Source: an uncultured bacterium | GTDB lineage: Bacteria; SAR324; NAC60-12 | Direction: 5' to 3' | Assembly (NCBI GenBank): GCA_965662845.1 | Contig: CBFIJD010000030.1 | Span: 1 to 40,810 of the forward strand | DNA length: 40,810 nt | Shown here: one piece after another, positions 17,831-26,815 of the stretch | How the letters are laid out: the number at the start of each line of letters is the position of its first letter | How positions within the stretch are numbered: position 1 is the first letter of the stretch | Notes under the pieces: model-generated | The model's input: the letters and a program-made list of their open reading frames with translations, nothing else | Told to the model about the DNA's origin: nothing | The model's database searches: none | Position numbers and translations under genes: made by a program

Positions 17831-18352
17831 TTATTCCCGTTTGTAGCGGACGACTTCCAGACCGGTCATGTGAAAGCCACTCTCCGGCTCATACATCAAC
17901 CCTTCGGTATTGGGGATCGCTTCAATTTCCACTCGCAGCAGGCCGGTGACCCAAACGGCGTCAAAGAGGTCTTCCACCGGAACCGGCTGTTCCATTTGGA
18001 TGTAAATCACCTGATTGGGCGGCGGTGGCGGCACGTGGATACACATCCCATACACGGGCACCAGCAGAAACTCCCGCAACGTCTCGAAGTCTCCGCCAAA
18101 GTCGCCCAGCAGCGGCACGACATACCCCGGAATCTTCACAATTTTGCCGTTCAGCTTCTGCAAGTTGGGCGGCACCACGCTCTGTTTGTAATCCAGCTGA
18201 ACCAGCTCTCGCCACGTGATCTCTTGAGGCTCTTCTCGGCCTTCAAATAGTGAAATTCCTAGGTCAAAAGCGGCAGCGCTTCCAAGACTGAACCACCAGA
18301 CTGCAAACAACAAAACGAGGACGCGAGGCATTAGCAGTAACCGTTTGGACAT
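17831..18352 (-). CDS. DUF3299-family protein (ZrgD-like)
   Basis: ITWREL, LNGKIVKIPGYVVPL, EFLLVP-YG-CIHVPPPPPNQVIY, DAVWVTG. Confidence 0.88.
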   Translation of the reverse strand: MSKRLLLMPRVLVLLFAVWWFSLGSAAAFDLGISLFEGREEPQEITWRELVQLDYKQSVVPPNLQKLNGKIVKIPGYVVPLLGDFGGDFETLREFLLVPVYGMCIHVPPPPPNQVIYIQMEQPVPVEDLFDAVWVTGLLRVEIEAIPNTEGLMYEPESGFHMTGLEVVRYKRE

Positions 18353-18362
18353 AACGAACCTT

Positions 18363-19625
18363 TCAAAGTTTGGGCATCAACCCATCGCTAAGCGAGTTGC
18401 GATAGGCTTGCCATGCGGGGATCGCGCTCAAGAGCACTCCCATCACGAACACTCCGCCGAGTAGCAGGCCGTCTGAGAGTGAGGGTGGCGCGACCGCGAT
18501 CATGAGCCCAAGCTGGGACTGGATCAGCGGTCGCACGAGCCACAGTCCCACATACAGCAGCAGGACACCTAGCAGGATTCCACTGCACACTAGCAAGGCC
18601 GCTTCGCTGAGCAGGAGTGAGAAGATCAGGTGCGGACGCGCCCCCACAGAGCGCAAAATCGCCATCTCGCGGCGACGTTCATTCAAAGTTGTCAACAGCA
18701 CGCTGGTCATGCCGGTGAGCCCTGCGAGCACCACAAATCCACTCACCGCCAACAGCGCTTGCTCCGCGACTCCCAACACACGCCAGAGTTGTTGCAGAGC
18801 GACTCCAGGTAAAATTGCCAACAGCGGCTCTTCTGCGTAGGTGTTGACGGCGCGTTGATAGCGGAAGGTGTGCATCCGGGAGCGCAGCTTGACCATGAAG
18901 GCGGTGAGGCTCTCGGGCTCCAACTTCATACGCAGGACTTGTTCAGCAGAGACGCTCGCTTCAGCGCTGGGAGGGACACCTTGCCTCCAGTCGATATGAA
19001 TCGCCGAGATGGCCTCTAAGCTGACGTGTAGCGTCTGGTCGACTGGTGTCCCGGTGGGCTCCAAAATGCCGACTACTTTGAACGGCTTGTCGTCATGTGT
19101 CAGCAGCGCTGCGTTGCCCGTCCCATGAGCAATCACAATCTCTTGCCCCAGCTGATACTTCAGCCGTCGCGCCACGTCTGCTCCCAACACAACATCAAAG
19201 AGCGCCGAGAACGGACGTCCTTCGGCAAAGACCAGAGCTTGTTGTTGACCGAAGCGAAAGTGCTCAAAGTAGGCCTCTGTTGTCCCGAGCACGCGATACC
19301 CACGGTGCGAATCACCCAACGAAAACGGGATTGTCCAATCCACTTGCGGGTGCTGATCCCAGTGCTGGTAGCTTTTCCAAGTGACGTTGTTGGTCGCGTC
19401 TCCGAGCCGAAAGACCGAATACAACAGCAAATTGAGGGAGCCTCCGCGCGCGCCCACAATCAGATCGACTCCGGAGACCGTCTGCAAAAAGCTCGCTCGC
19501 ACGCTCCGTTGTAACTGAGCCACTCCGAGCAGGAGCGCGACGCTGACGGCGATAGAGACGATCGTGAGGGCGACCGTGCTTTGGCGACTCAGCAGGCTCT
19601 TCCAAGCGAGGTTCAAGAGCATCAC
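18363..19625 (-). CDS. FtsX/MacB-type ABC permease (ZrgC-like)
   Basis: LAWKSLLSR, GVDLIVGARG, PFSLGDSHRGYRVLGT, GILEPTGTPVD, LNERRREMAILRSVGARP. Confidence 0.88.
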   Translation of the reverse strand: MMLLNLAWKSLLSRQSTVALTIVSIAVSVALLLGVAQLQRSVRASFLQTVSGVDLIVGARGGSLNLLLYSVFRLGDATNNVTWKSYQHWDQHPQVDWTIPFSLGDSHRGYRVLGTTEAYFEHFRFGQQQALVFAEGRPFSALFDVVLGADVARRLKYQLGQEIVIAHGTGNAALLTHDDKPFKVVGILEPTGTPVDQTLHVSLEAISAIHIDWRQGVPPSAEASVSAEQVLRMKLEPESLTAFMVKLRSRMHTFRYQRAVNTYAEEPLLAILPGVALQQLWRVLGVAEQALLAVSGFVVLAGLTGMTSVLLTTLNERRREMAILRSVGARPHLIFSLLLSEAALLVCSGILLGVLLLYVGLWLVRPLIQSQLGLMIAVAPPSLSDGLLLGGVFVMGVLLSAIPAWQAYRNSLSDGLMPKL

Positions 19626-20344
19626 AGCCCTTCCCCAGAGCGTTCCCGAGCGGCGACGTTGAGGTCTCGCAGAGAGAGCTGTCGTGAAAAGCGAGACGCG
19701 AGCGAGTGATCGTGACTCACAAACACGAGGGTGGCTCCCGCTCGCTCACACTCTTCAAACAACAGCTCTACGAAGAGGTGTCGTGCGTCGGCATCTAAGG
19801 CCGAAGTTGGTTCATCGGCAATGACCAACTCTGGAGCGCCAATCAAAGCCCGAGCTGCCGCGACGCGTTGCTGTTGTCCAACGCTGAGTTCTCTCGTGTG
19901 GCGCGATGCTGCGAGCAGCTCCCCGAGCCCAAGTTGGCTCAGCAGGCGCTCAGCTTCGGTCTTCCACGCTCGCGATGTGCTTCCCACTCGCTTGGCTCGC
20001 TCTTTAGAAACGCGGCAAGGAAGTGTGACATTTTCGACTAGAGAGAGATATGGCAAGAGGTTGAACTGTTGAAACAGAAAGCCAATGTGTTGTGCACGAA
20101 AGGCGTCGCGTTGGGGACTCGAGAGGGTGGGGAGGTCGACGCCTAAGACTTGCAGATGGCCCGACTGCGGCAGCAAAAGGCCTCCAAGCAACGAGAGGAG
20201 GGTTGTTTTTCCGCTACCACTTGGCCCAAACAAAAACGTGTGGTCACCGTGCGCGAGATTCAATTCGGGGAGGTAGAGCAAGGGATGAGAGTCCTGAGGC
20301 CAGGCGAACTGCAGGTTCTGCAACGAGATTGCCGGAGGAGACAT
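19622..20344 (-). CDS. ABC ATP-binding protein, LolD/MacB type (ZrgB-like)
   Basis: GPSGSGKTTLL, IGFLFQQFNLLPYL, LSVGQQQRVAAARAL, ADEPTSALD, FVSHD. Start placed at ATG 20344; alternative start 20386. Confidence 0.88.
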   Translation of the reverse strand: MSPPAISLQNLQFAWPQDSHPLLYLPELNLAHGDHTFLFGPSGSGKTTLLSLLGGLLLPQSGHLQVLGVDLPTLSSPQRDAFRAQHIGFLFQQFNLLPYLSLVENVTLPCRVSKERAKRVGSTSRAWKTEAERLLSQLGLGELLAASRHTRELSVGQQQRVAAARALIGAPELVIADEPTSALDADARHLFVELLFEECERAGATLVFVSHDHSLASRFSRQLSLRDLNVAARERSGEGL

Positions 20345-20404
20345 GATCGTGTGTGAGGAGAAGGCAAGTCGGGCGCAGACCGTCACAAAGAGATGGTGAC
20401 GGCA

Positions 20405-20435
20405 AGTCCCGTGGATGCCCGAAGTCCACGGAACT
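20405..20435 (-). other. Stem-loop downstream of the RRM gene, without a U-tract
   Basis: On the minus strand AGTTCCGTGGA-loop-TCCACGGGACT forms an 11-bp stem with one G-U pair. Confidence 0.5.
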
Positions 20436-20443
20436 GAAGAGGA

Positions 20444-20710
20444 TTAGTAAGGACGTCGAGGACGTTCTTCGCGAGGACGCGCTTCGTTGACACGCACCGA
20501 GCGACCGTTGAGCGGTTGTTCGTTGAGCGCCTTGATTGCGGCTTCCGCTTCACCACTGTCGTTCATTTCCACAAAGCCGAAGCCTTTTGAACGACCGGTC
20601 ATGCGGTCCATAATGATTGATACCTTTGCTACCTCGCCATACTGTGCGAACGCGTCGCGCAACTGATCTTCAGTAACCGAATAAGCCAAATTTCCAACGT
20701 AAATGTTCAC
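20444..20710 (-). CDS. Single-RRM RNA-binding protein (Rbp type)
   Basis: RNP2 IYVGNL, RNP1 KGFGFVEM, VRVNEARPRE. GTG start at 20710 gives 88 aa. Confidence 0.92.
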   Translation of the reverse strand: MNIYVGNLAYSVTEDQLRDAFAQYGEVAKVSIIMDRMTGRSKGFGFVEMNDSGEAEAAIKALNEQPLNGRSVRVNEARPREERPRRPY

Positions 20711-21408
20711 TTGTTCCACTCTCGAAAAAAACGACCTGATTGATCCAAGCGTTGAGCGACCCAGGTCCAGAATCTTCTCAACCGTTTCGCCCGTGGACGA
20801 AACCAAGAAAAAATGCCCCTCATGGGACAGACGATGCCAGCCATGGCATGCACCTGATGGTTTGGTGGTCTGTCCTGCGCGCACACCGAAGTCTGTCACG
20901 AATTCAGCACACACCACCCCGAGCAAGAAGCATTTCCTGCGGACACGACATCGGTTCGCGCGGCAACACGATACTGATTACGATATATTCGGTCAGTTGA
21001 GTTGAAGCGATCGGGACGGCTATGAACACAAGATGGGTTCTGCTGCGGTATGAAAATATGGCTCCGGGCGGGATCCTCTTCATGGGGTGGACTGCAATAC
21101 CAGCAGGTAGTGACTAATGTGGTAACCCGCGTTCAGAGAAAACACAAGGAAGTTCCAACACAATGTGAGAAAGATGCGTCGCGACAGTGCATTGAATCTT
21201 GCGCAGATATCTCAAATGAGGACGGATTCTTATACAAACCCATTAAGTTAGCTAAGGCTAATTTTTTTAGTTTGCGGAAATTCATCTTCTTTGTTAGCCT
21301 CTTGTGCTTTCCGAGCGAGGAGGCTCTGATCTGCCGGCGATCGAGCGACTCGCTCACATCTGATTCCCTGTCAAAAAACAACGACTCTCTCTTTTTCTCT
21401 AGGATGTT

Positions 21409-22404
21409 ATGCGCCTGCTGTTATTGCTACTTGCCCTTGTTTGGGCCGGAACCCTCACTGCACAAGAAGTCAACATTTATTCCTACCGCCAAGAATTTCT
21501 GATCAAGCCATTTCTCGAAAAATTCACAGAGTCGACCGGCATCCAAGTCAACGTGGTATATGCCCAAAGTGGCCTCACGGAGCGTCTCCAACGAGAAGGC
21601 CGCAATTCGCCTGCCGATTTGTTACTCACCTCGAACTTTGCGCGCCTGATTGAAGCCAAAGTGGCCGGCGTCACGCAAGCCGTTCAAAGCGCCGAGTTGA
21701 ACCGAAACATCCCCGCCACCTATCGCGACACAGAAGGACACTGGTTTGGACTCACACGTCGCGCTCGCTTGATCTACGCTTCTCAAGAGCGCGTCGGGCA
21801 AGTCCCGATCAGCTATGAATCTCTCGCCGAGCCTCTCTGGAAAGGCCGCATTTGCACCCGCAGCGGCAAGCATGACTACAACATCGCTCTCATCGCTTCG
21901 ATCATCGCCCATCATGGATCGGAAGCCGCAGAGCAATGGCTGACTGGCGTGAAGAACAACCTCGCACGCCGTCCACAAGGCAACGACCGCGCCCAAGTGA
22001 AGGCCATCTTTGAAGGCCAATGCGATCTCTCACTTGGCAACAGCTACTACTATGGCGCGATGCTCGCCAACGATGAACAAAAGGCGTGGGCCAACAGCGT
22101 CAACTTGCTTTTCCCGAACCAAGGCGAGCGCGGCACGCACGTGAACATCAGCGGGGTGGCCCTCACCAAGCACGCTCCTCATCGAGACGCCGCCATCCGC
22201 TTGATGGAGTTCTTGTCGCAAGAGACCGCCCAGCGCATGTACGCGGAAGTCAACTATGAGTTTCCTGTGCGCGAAGGCGTGGCGGTGGCCGGCATCTTGA
22301 AGCCCTATCAAGACTTTCAGGATGATGAGCTGCCGCTCGCCGACTATGTCAAATATCGCAAAGAAGCCGCCATGCTGGTTGATCGAGTAGGGTTTGACCA
22401 ATGA
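21409..22404 (+). CDS. futA: Fe(3+) ABC substrate-binding protein (FutA/FbpA type)
   Basis: Signal peptide; EVNIYSYRQ, EGRNSPADL, WFGLTRRAR, ICTRSGKHDYN, PQGNDRAQ, NSYYYG tandem Tyr ligands. Confidence 0.88.
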   Translation: MRLLLLLLALVWAGTLTAQEVNIYSYRQEFLIKPFLEKFTESTGIQVNVVYAQSGLTERLQREGRNSPADLLLTSNFARLIEAKVAGVTQAVQSAELNRNIPATYRDTEGHWFGLTRRARLIYASQERVGQVPISYESLAEPLWKGRICTRSGKHDYNIALIASIIAHHGSEAAEQWLTGVKNNLARRPQGNDRAQVKAIFEGQCDLSLGNSYYYGAMLANDEQKAWANSVNLLFPNQGERGTHVNISGVALTKHAPHRDAAIRLMEFLSQETAQRMYAEVNYEFPVREGVAVAGILKPYQDFQDDELPLADYVKYRKEAAMLVDRVGFDQ

Positions 22405-24113
22405 ACAACGCCGAGGCTATGCAACACACCACGTTTCACCCAGATGCGAGCACGCCGCTCCTCTATCCACAGCGGAGCCTCCGAGGCTTTCCGAGTTGGG
22501 AGAGTGTGAGCGGGCTGCTGCTAGCGCTGCTGTGTCTACCGCTCTTGACGGTGCTGTGGCTCAGCCTTGGAAACTCTGTCGAGATGTGGACGCACCTCTC
22601 ACAAACGATCCTGCCGAGCTATCTCCAGACAACGCTGCTCTTGATGGTGGGCGCAGGTCTCGGCTCCGCGGTGATTGGAGTCAGCGCCGCTTGGCTCACC
22701 TCTGCTTATGACTTTCCCGGACGCGCCTTGCTGGCCGCGCTCTTGCTGCTGCCACTGGCCGTCCCCGCGTACCTCCTCGCCTATGTCTGGACGGATCTCT
22801 TAGAGTACGCCGGCCCGCTGCAACGCACACTCCGCGACCTGTTTGGCTTTCAATCGCCACGTGACTACTGGTTCCCTGAGATCCGCTCTTTGGGCGGGGC
22901 TATGTTGCTCTTCAGCTTGGTGCTATATCCCTATGTCTTCTTGCTCGCGCGCACGGCTTTTCTCACGCAATCCCTGCGCGGTATGGAGGCGGGTCGCTTG
23001 CTCGGCTCTTCCATGTGGAACGCCTTCTGGCGCGTGAGCTTACCTCTGGCGCGCCCAGCGATCATCGTAGGGCTCTCTTTGGTGATGATGGAGGCGCTCG
23101 CCGATTATGGAACGGTGAGTTACTTCGGACTCAACACGCTGAGCAAAGGCGTGTTTGACGTGTGGCTGAACATGAACGACATGCCGGGCGCTTCTCAGCT
23201 CGCCGGAGTGACGTTGCTGATCGTGTTTGGACTGCTCGCGACGGAGCGCTGGAGCCGACGCAATCAACGCTTTGTGATGAATGTTCTCAAGCAAGAACCG
23301 GTGGCCTTGCGTTTGGCAGGCCCCCAAGTGTGGTTGGTTTGGGGGATTTGTTTGTTGCCCGTGACCTTAGGTTTTGGGCTCCCGGTTGGGCTGCTGGCGC
23401 GCAATGCGTGGGCCTACTTCGGAGAGAGCTGGAACGCGGACTTGTGGGATCATGCCCGCCACAGCTTCACGCTATCGGGAGGCGCAGCTTTAGCTGCCAC
23501 CTGCGTGGCGTTGCTGGTCGGGTATGGGGTGCGCCTTTCCGGACGACGGCTGCCGCGCTTGGCGGCTCAATTCGCGTCGATGAGCTATGCGTTCCCAGGA
23601 GCGATTTTGGCGCTGGGGGTGCTCTGGCCCCTGTCTTGGTTTGACAACACACTTGATGACTGGACACGCGCCCACCTGAACATATCGACCGGGCTGCTGT
23701 TGAGCGGGACCGTGTTCGCGATTCTCTTTGCGTATGTCGTGCGCTTTTTGGCCGTCGCGTATGGCTCTGTGGATAGCGGCTTCCAAAACATCACGGCCAA
23801 CATGGACCGGGTTCCCCGCTTATTCGGTTTCTCCACCCGCGCCACAATGCGCAAAATTCATCTGCCGTTATTGCGACGCAGCCTGCTCACCGCGTTGCTC
23901 ATCGTCTTTGTTGATTGCATGAAAGAGCTGCCCGCGACCTTGATCCTGCGTCCTTTTCACGTCGATACGCTCGCGACCCACGTCTATCAATATGCCTCCA
24001 GTGAACAGCTGGAGCAGTCTTCGCTCGCGGCTCTGCTGATCGTATTGGTCGGGCTGTTTCCGGTCTTACTTCTCAGCCGTACGATTCAGCAAGGGCACAA
24101 GGCTCCTCGCTGA
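22401..24113 (+). CDS. futB: Fe(3+) ABC permease (FutB/FbpB type, duplicated TMD)
   Basis: LLPLAVPAY, LLEYAGPLQ, LYPYVFLLAR, LARPAI, MKELPATLILRPF; ATGA overlap with futA. Confidence 0.88.
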   Translation: MNNAEAMQHTTFHPDASTPLLYPQRSLRGFPSWESVSGLLLALLCLPLLTVLWLSLGNSVEMWTHLSQTILPSYLQTTLLLMVGAGLGSAVIGVSAAWLTSAYDFPGRALLAALLLLPLAVPAYLLAYVWTDLLEYAGPLQRTLRDLFGFQSPRDYWFPEIRSLGGAMLLFSLVLYPYVFLLARTAFLTQSLRGMEAGRLLGSSMWNAFWRVSLPLARPAIIVGLSLVMMEALADYGTVSYFGLNTLSKGVFDVWLNMNDMPGASQLAGVTLLIVFGLLATERWSRRNQRFVMNVLKQEPVALRLAGPQVWLVWGICLLPVTLGFGLPVGLLARNAWAYFGESWNADLWDHARHSFTLSGGAALAATCVALLVGYGVRLSGRRLPRLAAQFASMSYAFPGAILALGVLWPLSWFDNTLDDWTRAHLNISTGLLLSGTVFAILFAYVVRFLAVAYGSVDSGFQNITANMDRVPRLFGFSTRATMRKIHLPLLRRSLLTALLIVFVDCMKELPATLILRPFHVDTLATHVYQYASSEQLEQSSLAALLIVLVGLFPVLLLSRTIQQGHKAPR

Positions 24114-24132
24114 GGCTCCAACACTGCTGCGA

Positions 24133-24942
24133 CTAGGTTTTAGGATCAAAGTGGTCACGCAAGGCGTCGCCCAGCAGGTTGAACACCAGCACCACGAACA
24201 AAATCGCCAAGCCCGGAAAAACCGAGACGTGGGGCGCTTCCCAGAGCACGTAACGGCCCTCGGAGAGCATCGCCCCCCAGCTTGGCGTCCCAGGAGGAGC
24301 CCCGAGTCCAAGGAAGCTCAGGCTCGACTCTGAGATGATGGTTCCCGCCAAGCTGAAGGTGGTCTGCACAATCACAGGCGGCAAAATGTTCGGTAAGATG
24401 TGCACAAACATCACTCGTAACGCAGACATCCCTGACGTTCGCGCCGCGAGCACATACTCCTCCTCACGCACCGCTAAGACTTGTCCTCGCACGAGCCTCG
24501 CGTAAGCCACCCACCCCAGCGCCGTCAACGCAAGGATCACGTTGTTGATGTCGGGCCCTAGCACGGCGACGAGCGCGATCGCCAGCAACAGCCCCGGAAA
24601 CGCCAGCAACACATCCACAACGCGCATCAACACGCCATCGAGCCAGCCACCGTAGTATCCTGAGAGCAGCCCTAGCGTCACACCAATCAGACTGGAGACG
24701 CCCACCACCCAGAACCCCACATAGAGCGAGATCCTCGCGCCGTGGAGGAGCCGACTGAAGATGTCCGAGCCGTTTTCGTCTAGCCCCATCCAGTGATCCA
24801 AGGTCGGAGGTTCGAGCTGACGGATCAGGTTCATGTCGTTAATGTCATGTGGCGCAATCCATCCCGACAACAAAGCCGGAGCCACAAACAGCAGCAGCAG
24901 CAGCAAGGAATAGATCCAAACGCGACGAAGCGGAGCAGTCAT
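24133..24942 (-). CDS. Peptide/nickel ABC permease (DppC/OppC-like)
   Basis: HWMGLDENGSDIFSRLLHGARISL, ARLVRGQVL, LSFLGLG, PSWGAML, FNLLGDALRD. Confidence 0.9.
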   Translation of the reverse strand: MTAPLRRVWIYSLLLLLLFVAPALLSGWIAPHDINDMNLIRQLEPPTLDHWMGLDENGSDIFSRLLHGARISLYVGFWVVGVSSLIGVTLGLLSGYYGGWLDGVLMRVVDVLLAFPGLLLAIALVAVLGPDINNVILALTALGWVAYARLVRGQVLAVREEEYVLAARTSGMSALRVMFVHILPNILPPVIVQTTFSLAGTIISESSLSFLGLGAPPGTPSWGAMLSEGRYVLWEAPHVSVFPGLAILFVVLVFNLLGDALRDHFDPKT

Positions 24943-25859
24943 GAGAGGCGGATGCGGGGATCGAGAGCGGCGTAAGAGAGGTCAATGACGAGGTTCACAA
25001 GCACGTAGCTGCCCGCGATGAACAGCACACACCCTTGCACCAGCGGATAATTGCGGCTGTTGATCGCAGAGATGAGCAGGTTCCCCAGCCCAGGCCAGTC
25101 GAAGATGGTCTCGGTGATGATCGCGCCAGAGAGGAGCACCCCGATCTGCAGACCAATCACCGTGACAATCGGAATCAGCGCGTTGCGTAGCGCGTGACGA
25201 AACAGGATCTGGGTCTCCGAAATTCCCTTGGCGCGCGCCGTGCGGATGTATTCCGCTTGGAGTGTCTCAATCACCGAAGAGCGCGTGATCCGCGCCAGAA
25301 TCGAAGCCAGCGCCGTTCCCAGCGTGAGCGAAGGTAAGATCAGGTGTTCAAGCCCACCGCGCTCATTGACAGGGAGCCAGTCGAGCTGAATCGAAAAGAA
25401 CAAAATCAACATCGGCCCCAACCAGAAGTTGGGCATCGAGACCCCCAGCAGCGAGAACATCATCGAGGTTTGGTCAACCCACGTCCCCTTGCGGACCGCG
25501 GCGAGCAAGCCCAGCGGAAGCGCGAGGCCAATCGTCACGACCATCGCGCCCAGCATCAGCTCCAGCGTGGCCGGCAGACGCTCCGCGATTTCGTCCCACA
25601 CCGGGCGCCGGCTGTAGAGCGACGTCCCCCAGTCTCCTTGGAGCAGTCCGCCGACATACTGCGCGTATTGTTTCCACAGCGGGTCGTTCAAGCCGAGTTG
25701 CTCGCGCAGGGCTTCGCGGTCTGCCCCAATCGCGGAGTCGCCGAGCATCAAGTCAACAGGGTCGCCAGGGATGAGATGAATCAGGAGGAAGACTAGCGTC
25801 GCCACGCCCCACAGCACAGGCAGCAGCAGCAGCAGACGACGCGCGAGGAAGGAGGCCAA
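24939..25859 (-). CDS. Peptide/nickel ABC permease (DppB/OppB-like)
   Basis: IPGDP, GDWGTS, RLPATLEL, SMPNFWLG, YIRTARAKG, HALRNALIP, ETIFDWPGLG, LDPRIR; TTG start. Confidence 0.9.
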   Translation of the reverse strand: MASFLARRLLLLLPVLWGVATLVFLLIHLIPGDPVDLMLGDSAIGADREALREQLGLNDPLWKQYAQYVGGLLQGDWGTSLYSRRPVWDEIAERLPATLELMLGAMVVTIGLALPLGLLAAVRKGTWVDQTSMMFSLLGVSMPNFWLGPMLILFFSIQLDWLPVNERGGLEHLILPSLTLGTALASILARITRSSVIETLQAEYIRTARAKGISETQILFRHALRNALIPIVTVIGLQIGVLLSGAIITETIFDWPGLGNLLISAINSRNYPLVQGCVLFIAGSYVLVNLVIDLSYAALDPRIRLS

Positions 25860-25862
25860 CGG

Positions 25863-26129
25863 TCAGTATTCTTCTGTAGAGGCGGTGCTCGTGGAGGGCT
25901 TGTGTTTCATCATGTCCTCCATGTGCTCCATCATTGATTCCATGAAGTTTTTCCCAAACTGCATGGAGGGCGTCATCAACGATTGCAGCATATCGGAATC
26001 CACCTGACCGTCCTGCATGTTCTGCTGAAATTGTTTGAGAAACATCTCCTGTACATTTTGCAAGTCTGGCAGACCGAGCACTTCTCGGATTTCTTTGGGG
26101 GTGGCTTCGACCGAAATATTGATCTTCAT
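25863..26129 (-). CDS. Small conserved protein, DUF6489-like
   Basis: MKINISVEATPKEIREVLGLPDL resembles the MKxxIxxxxTPxExRxxLGLPD pattern; GAGG RBS; tightly packed between leuD and the dppB-like gene. Confidence 0.75.
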   Translation of the reverse strand: MKINISVEATPKEIREVLGLPDLQNVQEMFLKQFQQNMQDGQVDSDMLQSLMTPSMQFGKNFMESMMEHMEDMMKHKPSTSTASTEEY

Positions 26130-26138
26130 ACGTCCTCA

Positions 26139-26762
26139 TTAGGAGGAGACGAACATCCACGGCGCCTGCTGGCGGTAGTTCGCCTCAAAGGCTTCGATTT
26201 GGGGAGTGAACTGGAGCGTCCAACCAATGTCGTCCAGCCCGTTGAGCAGGCGATGCTTCACGAACGGGTCAATCGCAAACGAGAAGGCCTTGCCTTGCTG
26301 GGAGAGCACTTGCTGTTCGGAGAGGTCGACGGTCAGCGTGCAGCCTTCGTTGGCGGCAATTTCATCGAAGAGTTGTTGCACTTCTTGCGCCTGCAACGCG
26401 ACGGGGAGGATACCGTTCTTTGAGCAGTTGTTGAAGAAAATATCGGCAAAGCTCGGCGCGATCACACAGCGGAAGCCATAGTCCAGCAGGGCCCACGGCG
26501 CGTGCTCACGACTGGAGCCCGAGCCAAAGTTTTCTCCAGACACCAGAATCTCGGCGCCTTGGTAGCGAGGTTGATTCAAGATGAACTCGGGGTTGGGCTG
26601 AGTGCCGGCGTCGTCGAGATAACGCCAGTCGTGGAAGAGGTGCACACCAAAGCCGGTGCGCTCAATCTTTTTCAGAAATTGCTTCGGGATGATCTGGTCT
26701 GTATCCACGTTGACCTGATCGAGCATCGCGGCTTTCGCCGTCAGTGTTTGAAAGGCTTGCAT
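26139..26762 (-). CDS. leuD: 3-isopropylmalate dehydratase small subunit
   Basis: [45 protein letters not shown]. Confidence 0.97.
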   Translation of the reverse strand: MQAFQTLTAKAAMLDQVNVDTDQIIPKQFLKKIERTGFGVHLFHDWRYLDDAGTQPNPEFILNQPRYQGAEILVSGENFGSGSSREHAPWALLDYGFRCVIAPSFADIFFNNCSKNGILPVALQAQEVQQLFDEIAANEGCTLTVDLSEQQVLSQQGKAFSFAIDPFVKHRLLNGLDDIGWTLQFTPQIEAFEANYRQQAPWMFVSS

Positions 26763-26815
26763 CGTCTGTTCTGGGTGAGGGTCGTCAATTCTGGGTGAAC
26801 GCAGAGAGCTGCGCG

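Noticed and set aside
20735..20803. Possible hammerhead ribozyme (CTGATTGA ... CGAAAC)
   Set aside because: The core is not CTGANGA, and the GAAA is not positioned after a stem II as required.
21180..21408. Fur box upstream of the Fe3+ binding-protein gene
   Set aside because: No convincing GATAATGATAATCATTATC-like palindrome; only a short TTAGC-TAAG-GCTAA inverted repeat of unknown meaning.
21050..21502. 150-aa ORF in the rbp-futA gap
   Set aside because: It overlaps the futA start out of frame, has atypical Cys/Ser/Phe-rich composition and no clear RBS; treated as non-coding.
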